DNA of 63,171 nt, filler included, from Basidiobolus ranarum (GCA_040143965.1; 38 parts of 38 records of this genome joined end to end with filler, not necessarily neighbours in it); one strand, 5' to 3'. Shown: positions 23,287-37,494, counted from the first letter of the whole stretch. The notes: generated by a model from the letters alone, not told the origin. Program-made: numbers and translations.

Positions 23287-25053
23287 NNNNNNNNNNNNNN
23301 NNNNNNNNNNNNNNNNNNNNNNNNNNNNNNTTAATTAATTAANNNNNNNNNNNNNNNNNNNNNNNNNNNNNNNNNNNNNNNNNNNNTACCTTGCGCTCCA
23401 AAGCTTGATTATCGAATCGAAAAGAGAATCTCGGAACATGTCGATTTACGATGTTCAAAATCTCTAGCTTGTTATTCTATTCACTAAATATTAACATAAT
23501 GCAAGCAAAACTCAGTTAATTGACTTTTCTTGATGATCCCAGAGGTTTGCGAGAGTATCACAGATGCTACATGAATACTCAAATATTCTATAGAGTCAAC
23601 GAACTATGACCGGCTCAATTGTGTTTTCGTCTTGCAAAGTTCCCCAGCTTCCTTTACCAAAATAGGCGCCTCATTTTTTTAAAACTTAAAAAATCACAAT
23701 AAGGGTAAATCATATGAATTGGCTATTTTGATCGTTTGCACATAAGGTGGGTGCTCTATTGCGTAAACATATAATTTCTAATAAAAAAATTATTATCAGA
23801 AACTTAAATTATTCCCATTTAGAGGTCATTGGAGGCACAAAATTGATGATAGGGTTAGACCCACATGATTGCACCTAGCAAGAGCGAAGATCACGAGCAC
23901 ATCACGATGGCTGAACCACGGGGCCACCATCAATTTGTTCATCTTAGAGTTTTTCTCCTTCAATGGTCAGTTTACCTTCTTCCTTGTCCATGTTAGCAGT
24001 GAGATTGTAGCTGCAAACCACTTGTCAGCTCTTGTAAGGATCACACCAAGAGTTGGCTTGACTGTGACTGATCAAAACACTAACTATCATAACTGGTAGT
24101 AATGAGCAATAATCAACTTTCTATATAGATGAATAACTCTTTCAAGAGTAACAGCACTAGCTGGAACTTTGCTAGAAATATCGAGTTTGTTTCTAAAAAA
24201 TAGAGCATTGCAGTCCACATCAGGCAAAGATGGAAAAATTGAGATGAAAGTACGAAGTTTAATGGCAACAATGGTAAAGTAGTATAGCTTTAAGTTATCG
24301 ATGCCCCAAATTCTTATTCAAGTTTGTATACTCTCACTTTTATTAGTACTTTTGTTGTGACCATTTATCTGTAAATGGTGTCGCCGAGGTTACATAAAAC
24401 CAGTTTTAACTAATTGACTGAAAATTCGATTTACTGATTTGGAATATCAACCGAAGTCCGACCGTTGATAGAGATCTTACAATGTGATTTTTTTCAGTGA
24501 GTAAATTAATGGATCGATTCTGGATAAAGGTCTAATCCTAGTACGTTTACAGCATAGCAACCACACATATCAACAGTCTATGAAAAATGTCCGAAATATT
24601 CTGTGTAATGATGTCTAATAAGTGACTGAAAATCTCAAACATTCCGCTTGAATACATATTTGTGCCACTTTTACGTTCCATAGCTCAATATAATATTTTA
24701 ATTTCCAATCAAGAACCATATATCCTATAGCTTATAAGTTGCGAGGGAGTGTTTATTGAAACAATTAATCAAAATCCAAATCATCAAGAATGAGGCAAAA
24801 TCTTAAATCTCAAAGTAGTACACTTAGCAATTACGAGGGTTACGAGCACACCACAATGGTTGCAAAGGAACAGCTCCAATACCACGATCAACTAAACGTG
24901 CTCTTTGTTCATTAATACGAGGGAATACATCACCAGTCTTGCGGATAGTACCANNNNNNNNNNNNNNNNNNNNNNNNNNNNNNNNNNNNNNNNNNNNTTA
25001 ATTAATTAANNNNNNNNNNNNNNNNNNNNNNNNNNNNNNNNNNNNNNNNNNNN

Positions 25054-25793
25054 GGCTCAGAAAGAGTCTATTATCAAAGCTTGTTGCTTCATAACACTCA
25101 TCCAATATAGTCCAAGCTTGATGGGAAGTCTTTGCACATTGAATATTCACAAGTTGCAAATTGTTCAAAGTTTGACACATGAAATTCAAGGCCTTCTTGT
25201 CTCATTTCATGTAAGCTTCCAATAAAGCAGGATCAGAAGGTTCCTTTTCATCTCCAGAGATTACATCCCAAAGCTCCCTGTCTTCCAGTATGATTTTGCA
25301 TCTTGAACTTCCAGAAATTGTAATTATCTCCATGAAGCTTTTTGACACTGCAGTTAGTACAAGTGGTAGCAGTGGTTTCAGTCATGCTGTAAAGGTTAGA
25401 ACATGGGGCTCATAACCTATTGGGAAATATGGGTTGCTTGGAGGAACTTTAGAAAGTGGAGTTGTGAGTAGCTTTGTGAGATAATTATTAATTGTCCAGA
25501 AATAGAGCATTTATAAATTTTAGTGGAAATAGAGAAAACTGACACTTGGGTTGTGTTCAAAACATCTGTAGCAGTAAAATGAGCTATTTTTGGGGCCATT
25601 TGGAAGAGTTTGATATTTCCAATATGGAATTGCTAATTCTCACATTATTCACTTATATATATATTATATACTCTGATTTTCAGCTAAGTGATATTTAACT
25701 AAGTAATGTTAACAAACTTATGTGTGGTATATGAAATAGTCAGGTATATAGAGATAGAGATAACAAATGTGATAAAGACCATAAGCTTCAACA
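25054..25793 (-). mobile_element. Ty1/copia family C: 5' LTR (25418-25793), PBS GGTTATGAGCCCC and gag start
   Basis: LTR starts tgttgaagc on the minus strand. Gag reads NIQCAKTSHQAWTILDECYEATSFDNRLFL. The same LTR occurs at 47286-47663 and about 32080-32420. Confidence 0.8.
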
Positions 25794-26619
25794 TCAACAA
25801 TCTTCCAGCTATCTAGTGGATACCCTGCAATATTGTGCCACTCTGTGTTAAGTTCTTCCCAGATATCTGTATGGTCAACACCTGACTGAATGTCAAGTTG
25901 AATGTTCTTCTTCTAATGCCAGTTTCTGCATAATTGCACTGTGTTTTTCCCATGATACTTGTGGAAATACTTCTCAAGCACTTTTACTATTTTTATATGT
26001 CCTTGTATTGTGACACTACTGATCATGCTCTGCAGTGTTTGTGCAGCTTTTTCTTTGCCTCTAAGTTTGGGGCTAATTTCAAAACTTTGAAAAGTGCCAT
26101 TTGAGGTTAGTAAGCCATGAGTTTTATTTGCTGGTATTTTGGCTTGCTGAGAGGTGCCTGGTGTTGGATAAATTTCTAAATATGGCCCACTTCCAACAGG
26201 TGTACTTGGTTCCATGGTGAATTAAGCCTTGTTGTTGGTATATTTGCTGGTATATCTAACTGTGGAAATACAGATTTTGAAATGGTGTGAAGAGTTTGTT
26301 ATGTAGGACAGTTGAGCCCAACCCTAATGACTCCACCACTTTTCCCTTTTGCTTCCTAACTTCCTGCTCCTTGAGTACTTCTTTAGCTGCCTTTCTTCGA
26401 TTTCCAAGTTATTAATTTCATACATTGTTGAAATCTTTCATGCATAGGCCTATATTAGCCCAATTGCCATTTGCTTGCTAAAACCCAGGAGAAACCACAT
26501 GAATTAACCCTAACAAAAATAAAATTGATTTGATCCGGACCGGATCCACCCTCCAAAATAGCAAAACCATCAGAGAACCGTCACAATATTGTTGGCTTGC
26601 ATTCTGCCAGGGATTTTGA
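25794..26619 (-). mobile_element. CACTA ORF2 3' fragment with a nested CACTA right terminus at 26508
   Basis: MEPSTPVGSGPYLEIYPTPGTSQQAK is homologous to 33381-33600. CCCTAACAAAAATAAAATTG begins at 26508. Confidence 0.7.
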
Positions 26620-26719
26620 NNNNNNNNNNNNNNNNNNNNNNNNNNNNNNNNNNNNNNNNNNNNTTAATTAATTAANNNNNNNNNNNNNNNNNNNNNNNNN
26701 NNNNNNNNNNNNNNNNNNN

Positions 26720-27691
26720 AAGCATTTTTGCCAGTATATCTGACTCTGGAATTGCAGAACTTTGTAATGGTGTAAAGAATTTGGTAAGCGGGACAGTAGA
26801 ACCTAAACTCACTGGCTCCTCTGCTTTTCCCTTGGGTTTACTAACTTCCTGCTCCTTGAGTACTTCTTTAACTGCTTTTCTTTCTTTACCAAGTTGACAA
26901 TTGCATACATTTTTGACATGCTTTGTGAGTAGGCCTATACTAGCCCAATTGCCATTTGTTTGCAAAAACCCAGGATAGGCCACATGAAATAAGTCAAGAG
27001 CCTTCAGAGTAATGTCTGGTTTTTGGTTTTTCCACAATTGGCTCAAATCCAGGTGATTTTGGGCAAGATTCTACACAGTTTCCAAAATGTTAAACCACTC
27101 ATCATCAGAGCAAGCAACAACAGCTCTGACATTCAGAGTCTTTTGGTTTGCCAGTTCTCCTATGAGACTTCTACTTTCATGCACCCAAGCAATTGCAGGT
27201 TGTTATGTAGGCTTCATGGTCCAACACATATTCTGCTCTGCTAGATTGTCACTAAGACATTCATATGTATGGTGTGGGATCCCTAACAAAATAAAATCAA
27301 TTTGATCTTGATTGGATCTGCCCTCCAAAAGAGCAGAACCATCAGAGAACCATCACAATATTGGTAGCTTGCTTTCTGCCAGGGATTTTGATGGTGTGAT
27401 GGTGGTTTCTTGATGGTATTTTGATGGTATTCATACATGTTAAAATATTGATCCTCAAATTTGGCATGTGTTATTCAATATCCAGCAATTTTTGCAAAAA
27501 TATAGTTTTTGAATGGCAAATTATTGGGTTTACTGCTGTAGGAACTTAAATTAATAGGCATGCCTTTATTTAGATATTTTAGACTTTGTAATCCAGCCAT
27601 AATGAGAATCAAAAAATACAAGAATCTTGTTGTGTTTAGTCTCTACATATGCATATACTTGACTGATTAGATATAACTCAACAACAGCAAT
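26720..27691 (-). mobile_element. CACTA ORF2 middle fragment interrupted at 27281 by another CACTA right end
   Basis: SQLWKNQKPDITLKALDLFHVAYPGFLQTNGNWASIGLL; ccctaacaaaataaaatc begins at 27281. Confidence 0.7.
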
Positions 27692-28228
27692 TGTCATGAT
27701 TCTGATCTCAGCATACTAATCCACTGCAAATAGAACTCTTCTTTTATTAGATTATGGCATCATATCTGCTGTGCCATCCCTTCTCAGCAATCTGGTGTCA
27801 GTTTATCCAGATTACCTTATATGGAAATCAAATTCTTTGGAACATTCCATGAAACCTAACCATTCATGTCATCCCACACATAGTGTATTTCCGCCCAGAC
27901 CTTCCATGGAAGGTCACCTGATCATCCTTACATCATCCTTATATCATCCCTCTTAGTATTGGTCCTTGTAGTCCCCAACACCCCCAACTCTTGAACTTGC
28001 CACAGTATATTCCCTATTAAGTATATTATGTTTCATCTTGCAATATCTATATAAGCCCCATGTATTCCTTGATCAGACTGAGGTCTGATCAATGCCAGTT
28101 ATCAATAAAGATTCTTGCCAAAGCATCTTCCTTGTCCAGTCTTGTCTTGTGGTCTACACCCAAGTACTCTCCTGCCTTCTAGCCTCTTGTTGTTGTTCTC
28201 AGTCCTTGTCCAGTTCCTTATTGTGACA
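27692..28228 (-). mobile_element. LTR of 537 nt with TGTCA...TGACA termini (retrotransposon, family unassigned)
   Basis: Perfect 5-bp inverted termini. Further copies at 56640-57140 and 58063-58198. Confidence 0.7.
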
Positions 28229-28385
28229 GTTTGATCAGACTACTTATACTTGCCTGTAGACTTCTCTCCATCCCTGTTCTCCAACNNNNNNNNNNNNNNN
28301 NNNNNNNNNNNNNNNNNNNNNNNNNNNNNTTAATTAATTAANNNNNNNNNNNNNNNNNNNNNNNNNNNNNNNNNNNNNNNNNNNN

Positions 28386-29951
28386 AGCGTTCAAGTGGTA
28401 ATTGTGTAAAATTTGAGTTACGTTTTTTGCACATGTGTTGATCCATAGTTCTCTGAGATTTTAGCCAATCATTTGCAACTATTTTGCAAGATCTTGGAAT
28501 TTCACTCCTGAAACTGAAAAAATTGATTAAAATCAAATCTAACTTGACAATTTTATGACGGTAAGTAAATGGTCAATGCCAAATGGATTAAAATTGTGAT
28601 GGTTTTCCTACTATAACAATCCTCAAATTTCTGGTAGGGATGTTACTGTTGATATTTGCCAGGCCTTGTGCTGCTGGTTGCTTTACACAGTGACTGGGCT
28701 TGTGATTACTTTTTCTATGAATCCTCTGGCTTTCATAGCACAAGAATTTGTGACAATAATAGCAGGGCTTCTTTATACATTTGTGTTGTGGCATGAGAAA
28801 GATATTATAGAAAAAAGAACACCTCCTACCTAAGGATGGTATTTTAGGTATATCCCATCAATATCATCAGCTGATTCTGAGACAGTGTCACAGATGAGTC
28901 ATTGGGGGATTTACTGATGAAGTTTATCATCTTCATCATATTTGTTATCTCTATCTTTATGCACCTGACTGTCACATATATCTCATATGGATTATTCAAC
29001 ATTACTCAGTCCAATATCACTTAACTGCAAATCAGTACAAATATTATACATATATATTCCTAACAGAAATTTGATGTTTGTTATTATAGGAAAACCATCA
29101 CAATTTTAATCCATTTGGGATTGACTCTTTACTTACCATCATAAAATCATCAAGTTAGATTTGATTTTAATCAATTTTTTTCAGTTTCAGGAGTGAAACA
29201 TCAAGTACTGGCAAAATAGATGCACATGATTGGCTACAATCACAACAAATTAATGATCAATGCATGTGCAAAAAAAGTAACTCAAATTTTACACATTTAC
29301 CACTTTAACATTAACTTGTCACCTTCAAAATTCCCAGTTTCTTTGATATATTCTCCTGAATATTTTTATAGAGTTCCTCATACCCAAGGTTTAGCTCATA
29401 CCGCACACAAGTATGTATCAATATCTCTATCAAAGCCCACCATTGTATTAACATTGCTGAATCAACATTCTTCCAGCTATCTGACAGATACCCTGCAATA
29501 TTGTGCCACTCTGTATTAAGTTCTTCTCAGATATCTGCATGGTCAACACCAGACTGAATGTCAAGTTGAATGTTCTTCTTCTTTTGAAGTCACTTTCTGC
29601 ATACTTGCACTGCGTTTTTCCCTACATGGTTTTGAATATACTCCTCAGGTACTTTTTCTGTTTTCATACATCCTTGTAGTGTGACACTACTGAGGGTGCT
29701 TTGTGGTGTTTGTGTGGCTTTTGCCTTCCTTTATCTTTGGGGCAAATTTCAACACTTTGAAAAGTACCAGTTAATGTTGATGAGCCACAAGTTTTATTTG
29801 CTGGTTTTTGGCTTGTTGAGTGGTACCAGGTGTTAGATAAGCTTCTGAATTTAGCACTCTTCCAACTGGTGTATTTGGATCCATGGTGAAATTAAGTTTT
29901 TTTGCCAGAATATCTGACTTTGGAAATACACATCTTTGTAATGGTATGAAG
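28386..29951. mobile_element. Nested CACTA pieces (left ends at 28639 reverse and 29058, transposase start, ORF2 3' end) with a copia C LTR fragment at about 28915-29050
   Basis: MPQHKCIKKPCYYCHKFLCYESQRIH transposase N-terminus. The left end at 29058 runs continuously into the ORF2 3' region. Confidence 0.75.
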
Positions 29952-30051
29952 NNNNNNNNNNNNNNNNNNNNNNNNNNNNNNNNNNNNNNNNNNNNTTAAT
30001 TAATTAANNNNNNNNNNNNNNNNNNNNNNNNNNNNNNNNNNNNNNNNNNNN

Positions 30052-31100
30052 CAAATAACAAAGTACTCACCATAAAGCTGATGGTATTACCAATATACTT
30101 GATGGACATCACTACCAGAATCTGAAAAGTCAAGGTTTCTTTGAGAACACATGTGATCATGCATTTGCATTGGCTCTGAATGGTTTCTCACTAAACAAAT
30201 ATACCGCTAGAAAGGCTTGCTGGCCACTAATTCTAATCAACTTAAATCTTCCTCCTTCTGAATGGTATAACAGTCATAATATTTTGATACTATCCATCAT
30301 ATCTGGACCTAAATCACCGGTGCTTATAGATATCTTCTTGGAGCCCTGGATTACGGAATTTGAACGGTTATCTAATGGGGTGCATTTTAAGCTAATAATA
30401 TTCCTTCTTATCAGCTTATTGTAGGCATCAGACAATCTTTGCTAGATTACTTCAAAGGCCCATCATACTAATAGTTTTGACTCTTGTTCATTGAATAAAC
30501 ACAATATTTTCAATATTGAGACTAAACATGTTAAAGGTGCTTTGTTCTGTTTTAACCATGAGTAAAACTCTGGCTTTACACAGCTTTGCTTTGTTTTCTT
30601 CAGCTACAAATTTATGCAAAAGTCCTTATTCTTGTGGTAGTATTTTTATTTGTATTGATGGACCTTCATAATTGAATCCATCCAAATCACAGAAGAGAGA
30701 TATTTTCTTGATATTTGAAGGGTAGATATTACTGAGAGCACAAGCTCAGTGCTCATAACCTATTAAATATCTTGGGAGCCTGTTGGAAGTGCTTTTAGAA
30801 CTAGCGAGATTTGAAATTTTGCCTACTCATTTATTTAGTTGAAAGTTTACATATATAGGTTTGTCAGTATGTTTGCATGTTAACATGTAGAATGAGTTAA
30901 GGAAGATCCCAGGAGGATGTGTGCAAAGATAGGGATTTTAGCACAAGTTTGAAAAAAGCTGTATATCTCAGAATTTCCAAGTTGGTATAATTTTCTAACA
31001 AAATTCTGTTTGAGAATAATGCATGATAGATGAATGAAATATATATTCACTAAACTCTAAGCTTTATATGGCTATTTAGATGTTTATGCTATAACTACTT
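30052..31100. mobile_element. CACTA transposase fragment (+, to about 30385) abutting a copia gag/PBS/LTR remnant (-)
   Basis: ACWPLILINLNLPPSEWYNSHNILILSIISGPKSP; the minus strand has ggttatgagcactgag PBS-like sequence at about 30760. Confidence 0.7.
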
Positions 31101-31716
31101 CAGTACTATAAGCAAGGTAACATGTAATTTGAACACTTTGTGATGGTTCTACAAATGTTTCTTGACTCATATAATTGGATCTAGTTAAGTTTGAAGAATT
31201 ATATTATTGTTAGGGCCAAATGTGCCATATAGATGGCTTCATAAAGATAGAGACAAAAAATGTAATGCAGGCAGTACATTTAATGGTTGTTAGAACCAAT
31301 ATTAACACCTTATTTGAAAGTTTCAGGATTTACTAATGATATATTATAAATCAATATTATCTCCATTGATCCTCAGTTAGCTCACTTCCCTTTCATAATG
31401 TAACTCCAAGAGTGTTCTGTATTTCTATCATATAGTAAAAATTGTTTAGTTCCAGTCAATGTATCACAATCTCTCTAGTCAATCATGGCATCATTTCATT
31501 AGATATATTATCTATAGTGCTCAAATTTTTGCAATGGGCTATGAGCTCTAGATACGTTTGTGTTGGGAAATTTTACTTCAAGAAAAATATTGAAATTTGG
31601 TAACTGATGCACATATNNNNNNNNNNNNNNNNNNNNNNNNNNNNNNNNNNNNNNNNNNNNTTAATTAATTAANNNNNNNNNNNNNNNNNNNNNNNNNNNN
31701 NNNNNNNNNNNNNNNN

Positions 31717-33280
31717 TCTGCCAAATACATAATTTCAGGTCAAATTTTTAGTTCTTGATTTGAGAGCCATTACTAGGCTCTGAAACTTGTGTGGCAGCGT
31801 ATTCAGGACTATGACTATGATATCTTGATCAGTAGTAGGTACTCCAAAGCATTCCATTTGATCCACCAGAATAGTGACTCTACTAATTAGTGATTTATTA
31901 ACTTCTCCTGGCTTCAGCTTTAAGTAACAGAAATGTCTTCTTAAAATCATCTTGTTGGCAGCAGAACTTGTTTGGTAGGTGTCTTCCAAGGTTTTCCTTC
32001 CCTTCTTGGCAGTATTAGCTCTTGAACATTGAATTAGCAATTTGTCTTTAACATTATGATAAATTTGTTGAAGGCACTTTTATTGGGAAAATTTGGGCTG
32101 TTTGGAGAAGCTTTAGAAAAGTGGAGTTGGGAATAGTATTGTGAGAAAATTAGTTATTGTCCAGAAAAGAAGCATTTATACATTATGGTGGAAATACAGA
32201 AAACTAACACTGGGGCTGTGCTCAGAACATCTGTGGGAGTAAGATAAGCTATTTTTGGGGCAATTTGGACAAGTTTGATATTTCCAATATGGAATTGCTA
32301 ATTCTCACATTATTCACATGTATTTATAATGTATGTTTTGATTTGCAGTTAAGTGATATATGACTAAGTATTGTTAACTAACTTATATATGATACATGAA
32401 ATAGTTAGGTGTAAACTTCAACAACTTTGTTCTTTTTTAACCTGGAGTAAAACTTTGGTTTCAGATAGTTTTGCATTGTTTTCTTCCCCTACAACAGTAT
32501 TGCAAAGTCCTTATTCTTGCAGCAGCATTTTCATTTTAATTTTCCAAACTTGATATTTGATTCCATCCAATTTTTCAGAAGAGGGAAAAGTTCCATAAAT
32601 TTGAGAAGTAGACATTACAGATAGTGCAAGCTTGGGACTCATAACCTGTTAAAGTATTTGGGAGCATGTGGGAGGTGGTTTGGAGATTTAGAGTAATTGG
32701 TGGTTTTCACTTATTGCTTTATTGAGTAGAAAGTTTACATGTATAGTATTGTCAAGATATAAACAACTAACAAGTAGAATATGTTAAGGATGGTCCCAGG
32801 AATATGTGTGCAAATTTTGGGGCATCTAGCACAAGTTTGAAAAATCTATATATCTGAGAGCTTACAAGTTGGTAAAAATACTCTAAGTAAATTCCAACTG
32901 AGAATAATGCATAATAACTTAGTGAATTATAGGATAACTAAGTACTAAGCTATATATGACTATATAGGTGTTTAGGCAAAGCTAATTTCAACAAATATAA
33001 GCACCATGTTGAATAAGAATTAAGGGAAGGTTTTGGAAAATTAATCTTTATTCAACATCATAGTTAACTTTAGTTGTGATAGATATATCAGAAACAGAAA
33101 GCAATGTATCTATAGCCCCTAGATTCTAAATAGGGATATCTCTGTATGCATTCAACAAGTATGTCTTATTACCTCCACTTATCTATTATATCTTATTACA
33201 CAAACTCCTGAATATCTCAAACAATCAATTCACTTTTCTACTATATAAGTCACCATCTACTCTTACAAATAAAGTAACTA
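31717..33280 (-). mobile_element. Copia A gag and 5' LTR (32647-32993), with a copia C solo LTR inserted (about 32080-32420), adjoining a copia B LTR (32994-33280)
   Basis: SSAANKMILRRHFCYLKLKPGE. Gag resumes on the far side of the C-type LTR. PBS ggttatgagtccc at 32646. Confidence 0.8.
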
Positions 33281-33380
33281 NNNNNNNNNNNNNNNNNNNN
33301 NNNNNNNNNNNNNNNNNNNNNNNNTTAATTAATTAANNNNNNNNNNNNNNNNNNNNNNNNNNNNNNNNNNNNNNNNNNNN

Positions 33381-34944
33381 GTGACTATTTTTGTATGATA
33401 TTGTAGTGTTACACTACCAGGGGTGCTTTGTGGTGTTTGTGCGGCTTTTTGCTTGCCTTTAACTTTGGGGCTAATTTCAACAATTTGAAAAGTACCAGTT
33501 GAGGTTGGAGAGCCAATAGTTTTATTTGCTGGTGTTTTGGCTTGTTGAGAGGTGCCAGGTGTTGGATAAACTTCCACATTTAGCACTCTTCCAACTGGTG
33601 TACCTGGTTCTATGGTGAAATTAAACTTTTTTGCCGGTATATCTTACTCTTGAAATGCAGATCTTCGTAATGGTATGAAGAATTTGGTAAGTGGACAGTA
33701 CAGCCTAAACTCACTGGCTTTTTTGCTTTTCCCTTGAGTTTACTCACTTCCTGCTCTTTCAGTACTTCCTTAGCTGCTTTTCTCTCTTTTCAAAGTCAAT
33801 AATTGCATACATTTTTGAGATATTTCAAGAATAGGCCTATACTAGCCCAATTGCCATTGGCTTGCAAAAACCCAGGTTAAGCCACATGAAATAAGTCAAG
33901 AACCTTCAGAGTAACACCTAGTTTTTGGTTTTTCCACAATTGACTCAAATCCAGGTGATTTTGGGCAAGATTCCACACAGTTGGCAAAATGTTAAACCAC
34001 TCATCATCAGAGCAAGTGATGGCAGCTCTGACATTCAGAGGCTTTTGGTTTGCCAGTTTTCCTATGAGATTTCTACTTTCATGTGCCCAAGCATTTTGGA
34101 TTCTTGTGTAGACTTAAAGTCCAACACATATTCTGCTCTGCTAGATTGTCACAGTGACATTCAAATATATAGTGTGGGATTGATTGAAATCCCATATGAG
34201 AATGGATGGAGGGAGCAGCATGTTGCTTTAGCTCAAGTACAGCATTCTGAAGGCCTTGTATCATTATTGAGTGACTCTCTAACTGCTGACTAATTGCTTC
34301 CAAAGGCTGCATTAATTGCAATATTGTGGTGTTATTGCTTGTCATGACCTGTATAGCAACTTCATATTTTTTACTTATGATTGCATACAAATCATTATGG
34401 TGTTCAGCCTGCAATTCCCTAGTTCTAATAATTCTATCCAAATTTTCTATGGAGGGTTGTTCAAGAGTGGGCAAAGTAGCTGTTTTGGAAGTTGATGGTC
34501 TTGATGGTGTTTGGTTGAACTTTGCTCAACTATTGATTTACTACATAAATGGGGGGATTACAATCTCTTCACTTGCACTATTGCTGGAAAGGAACACATC
34601 TGGTACATTGATTAATGAATCATCATTACTTGAGTTAGTTTCCAGCATGTTACCACCTTCCAAAGTGGATAGTGGATTGCTAGACTGCTCATCAATTAAG
34701 TCCTCCATTCTTGCTGGTTTTTTCTCATTTGTGCCAGCAGGCTGTGGCATGGAAGCCCATTTTCACTTAGATTTTGAATGCTTTTTGAAAGGCATTGAAA
34801 TTTTCAGATGGTAATCTTGGTGTAATGAAATTTCTTAGAAACAGCTTATAATAAACCAAAATTGCCATCCATTACCAGAAATATCTTGTAAATCCCCTGA
34901 TGACTCATCTGTGACACCATCTCAGAATCAGCTGATGATATTGA
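33381..34944 (-). mobile_element. CACTA element ORF2 (accessory protein, nearly full length, decayed) and shared upstream region
   Basis: Broken ORFs 34541-34750, 34079-34474 and 33381-33586. The upstream 34880-34944 matches the region upstream of the transposase (28860-28910, 9900-9932). Confidence 0.7.
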
Positions 34945-35044
34945 NNNNNNNNNNNNNNNNNNNNNNNNNNNNNNNNNNNNNNNNNNNNTTAATTAATTAA
35001 NNNNNNNNNNNNNNNNNNNNNNNNNNNNNNNNNNNNNNNNNNNN

Positions 35045-35398
35045 AATATAAGCACAATGCTGAATAAGATTTAAGGGAAGGTGTTGGATAATTAATATTT
35101 ATTAATCATCAAAGTTAACCTTAGTTATGATGCATCTATCAGAAGCAGAGAGCAACATATCTATAACCCCTATATTCTAAATAGGAGTATCTCTATATCT
35201 ATATAACAAGTATGTCTTATTACCACCATTATCTATTATATATTATTGCACAACTTCCTGAATATCCCAGACAATTGATTTACTTTTCTACTGTATAAGT
35301 CACCATATACTCTTAAGAATAAAGCAAGTAGAAACAAACTATCATAAGTTGCTTCTGATACTCAAAGTCTACCCTCATTATGTCAAGATCCTCCAACA
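35045..35398 (+). mobile_element. Copia family B LTR
   Basis: aatataagcacaatgc...caagatcctccaaca; the same LTR occurs at 16462-16612, 32994-33280, 37495-37850 and 61405-61514. Confidence 0.75.
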
Positions 35399-35399
35399 A

Positions 35400-36608
35400 T
35401 AAATAATTCAAATTCCTACAGCAGTAAACCTAGTAATTTGCCATTCAAAATTTATATTTTTGCAAAAATTGCCTGATATTGAATAACACCTGCCAAATTT
35501 GAGAATCCATATTTTAACTTGTATGAATATCATCAAAATATCATTAAGAAACCACCATCATAACATCAAAGTCCCTGGCAGAATACAAGCCACCAATATT
35601 GTGATGGTTGTCTGATGGTTTTGCCATTTTGGAGGGTGGATCCAATTTGGATCAAATTGATATTATTTTTGTTATGGTCATTGTACAAAGCCACCAGCTG
35701 CACAAAGACCGGTGAATATCAACAGTAATAAGTACATAAAATCAACTTTAGTTTGGCCCACTGAGTCCACCAGGTGTACTTTGCCTCAAAGTTTTTGGTA
35801 ACGCTGCCAAAAGTCAAGATACTATGGAGTTACCACAGTTATATGACCAGAATGATGTAGGTAGGAATGCATCTTTAGTCAAACCAGTAAGCTGAGACAG
35901 CTTTGAGGACTTGCTGCTAGATGTTGACCTTGGTTATTACAGCACTGATGGTAGTTTATCAGAAGTTGAAGAAGACAATGGTTTTGCTATGGACTATTTG
36001 TTATTGGTAAGCATTAGTCCACTCATAACACTCACAGTAAAGGAAGTAACTCTCATTATTGATGAGTGGAGAGTTCAATCCAATCTTAGCAACCAGGTGT
36101 TCATTGGTTTTCTTACACTTTTCCCATAGTAGATTGGCAACTGTTGCTTGCCATGGATCTGGTACAAGTGGAAAACAAATGTCAATTGTATGACTTATAA
36201 TCCTTCAGTAATTATACTACCTTCAGGTCCAAATGGTTGTTTGGCTTTCCCCAGTGATCTGAAAAACCTGAAGTTATGTACTCTTTGAACATAATTGGCA
36301 ATCACTGAATCAGGTAAATATTGTTCATATTTGGCTTACATACCATTTATTCCCCATCCTAATTTGGATGAAATCACCCAAATATAGATCATTGATCCAA
36401 TACCAAAGTACTCACCGTAAAGCTGATGGTATTACCAATATACTTGATGGATATCACTACCAGAATTTGAAACGTCAAGGCTTCTTTGAGAACATGTACA
36501 ATCATGCATTTGCATTGGCTCTGGATGGTTTTGCACTAAACAAGTATACCATTGGAATGGCTTGCTGGCCAATAATTTTAATGAACTTAAATCTTCCTCC
36601 TTCTGAAC
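35400..36608 (+). mobile_element. CACTA right end (to about 35677) nested in a CACTA transposase 5' region
   Basis: DGITNILDGYHYQNL..AFALALDGFALNKYTIGMACWPIILMNLNLPPSE includes the first catalytic DG motif. Confidence 0.85.
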
Positions 36609-36782
36609 NNNNNNNNNNNNNNNNNNNNNNNNNNNNNNNNNNNNNNNNNNNNTTAATTAATTAANNNNNNNNNNNNNNNNNNNNNNNNNNNNNNNNNNNN
36701 NNNNNNNNAAGTACTAAGCTATATATGACTATATAGGTGTTTAGGTAATGCTAATTTCAACAATTGCAACCCTCTCCCTCAA

Positions 36783-37460
36783 CTAAATAGTCATATAAAC
36801 TAATCCTAATAAAGGTCTAAATTTCTCAAATTTCTGTCTAGCTAATGGTTTGGTCAACATATCAGCAATTGTGTCTTCTGTAGAATAATAAGCTAAGTGA
36901 ATAAGCTTACTCTCTACAGTCTCTCTAATGAAGTGATGCTTAATATCTATATGTTTGCTTCTAGTATGAAACATGGGATTTTTAGCTAATTTGATACAAC
37001 TTTGATTATCTTGAAATGTTGTGGTTAGTGAATTTTGAGAATAACCTAAATCTGTTAAGAGTTTTCTTAACCATATCACTTCCTTTGTTGCTTCACAGGC
37101 AGCCATGTATTCTGCCTCTGTTATCAAAAGTGCTACAGTAGGTTGTTTCTTTGAATTTAAACAAATAGCTCCATTACAGAAAGAAATAAGTATCCTGTTG
37201 TAGATCTCCTGTCTTCAATATCTCTTCCCTAATTTGCATCTGAATATCTCATCAGATCAAAGTTTGATCCAGAATATATGTATTTTAAGCACAGATCCAC
37301 AGTATCTTTCAAATATCTGCAAATCCACTTAACTGCTATGATTTGATTAGATCCATAATTTTGAAGATATTGGCACATAGCTCCCACAGAATATGCAATA
37401 TCTGGCCATGTTCCAACCATAATATACATCAAACTACCAACCATAGATTGATAAGGAGAT
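36783..37460 (-). mobile_element. Ty1/copia RT C-terminus, RNase H and polypurine tract
   Basis: MVGSLMYIMVGTWPDIAYSVG, EAEYMAACEATKEVIWLR...DNQSCIKLAKNPMFHTRSKHIDIKHHFIRE...ADMLTKPL; PPT gagggagaggg just downstream. Confidence 0.9.
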
Positions 37461-37494
37461 TTGTCTCCATTGAGGTAGATACTTGATTACATTT

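Noticed and set aside
23820-24280. Possible decayed gene on the minus strand
   Set aside because: Multiple stops in every frame and no identifiable domain.
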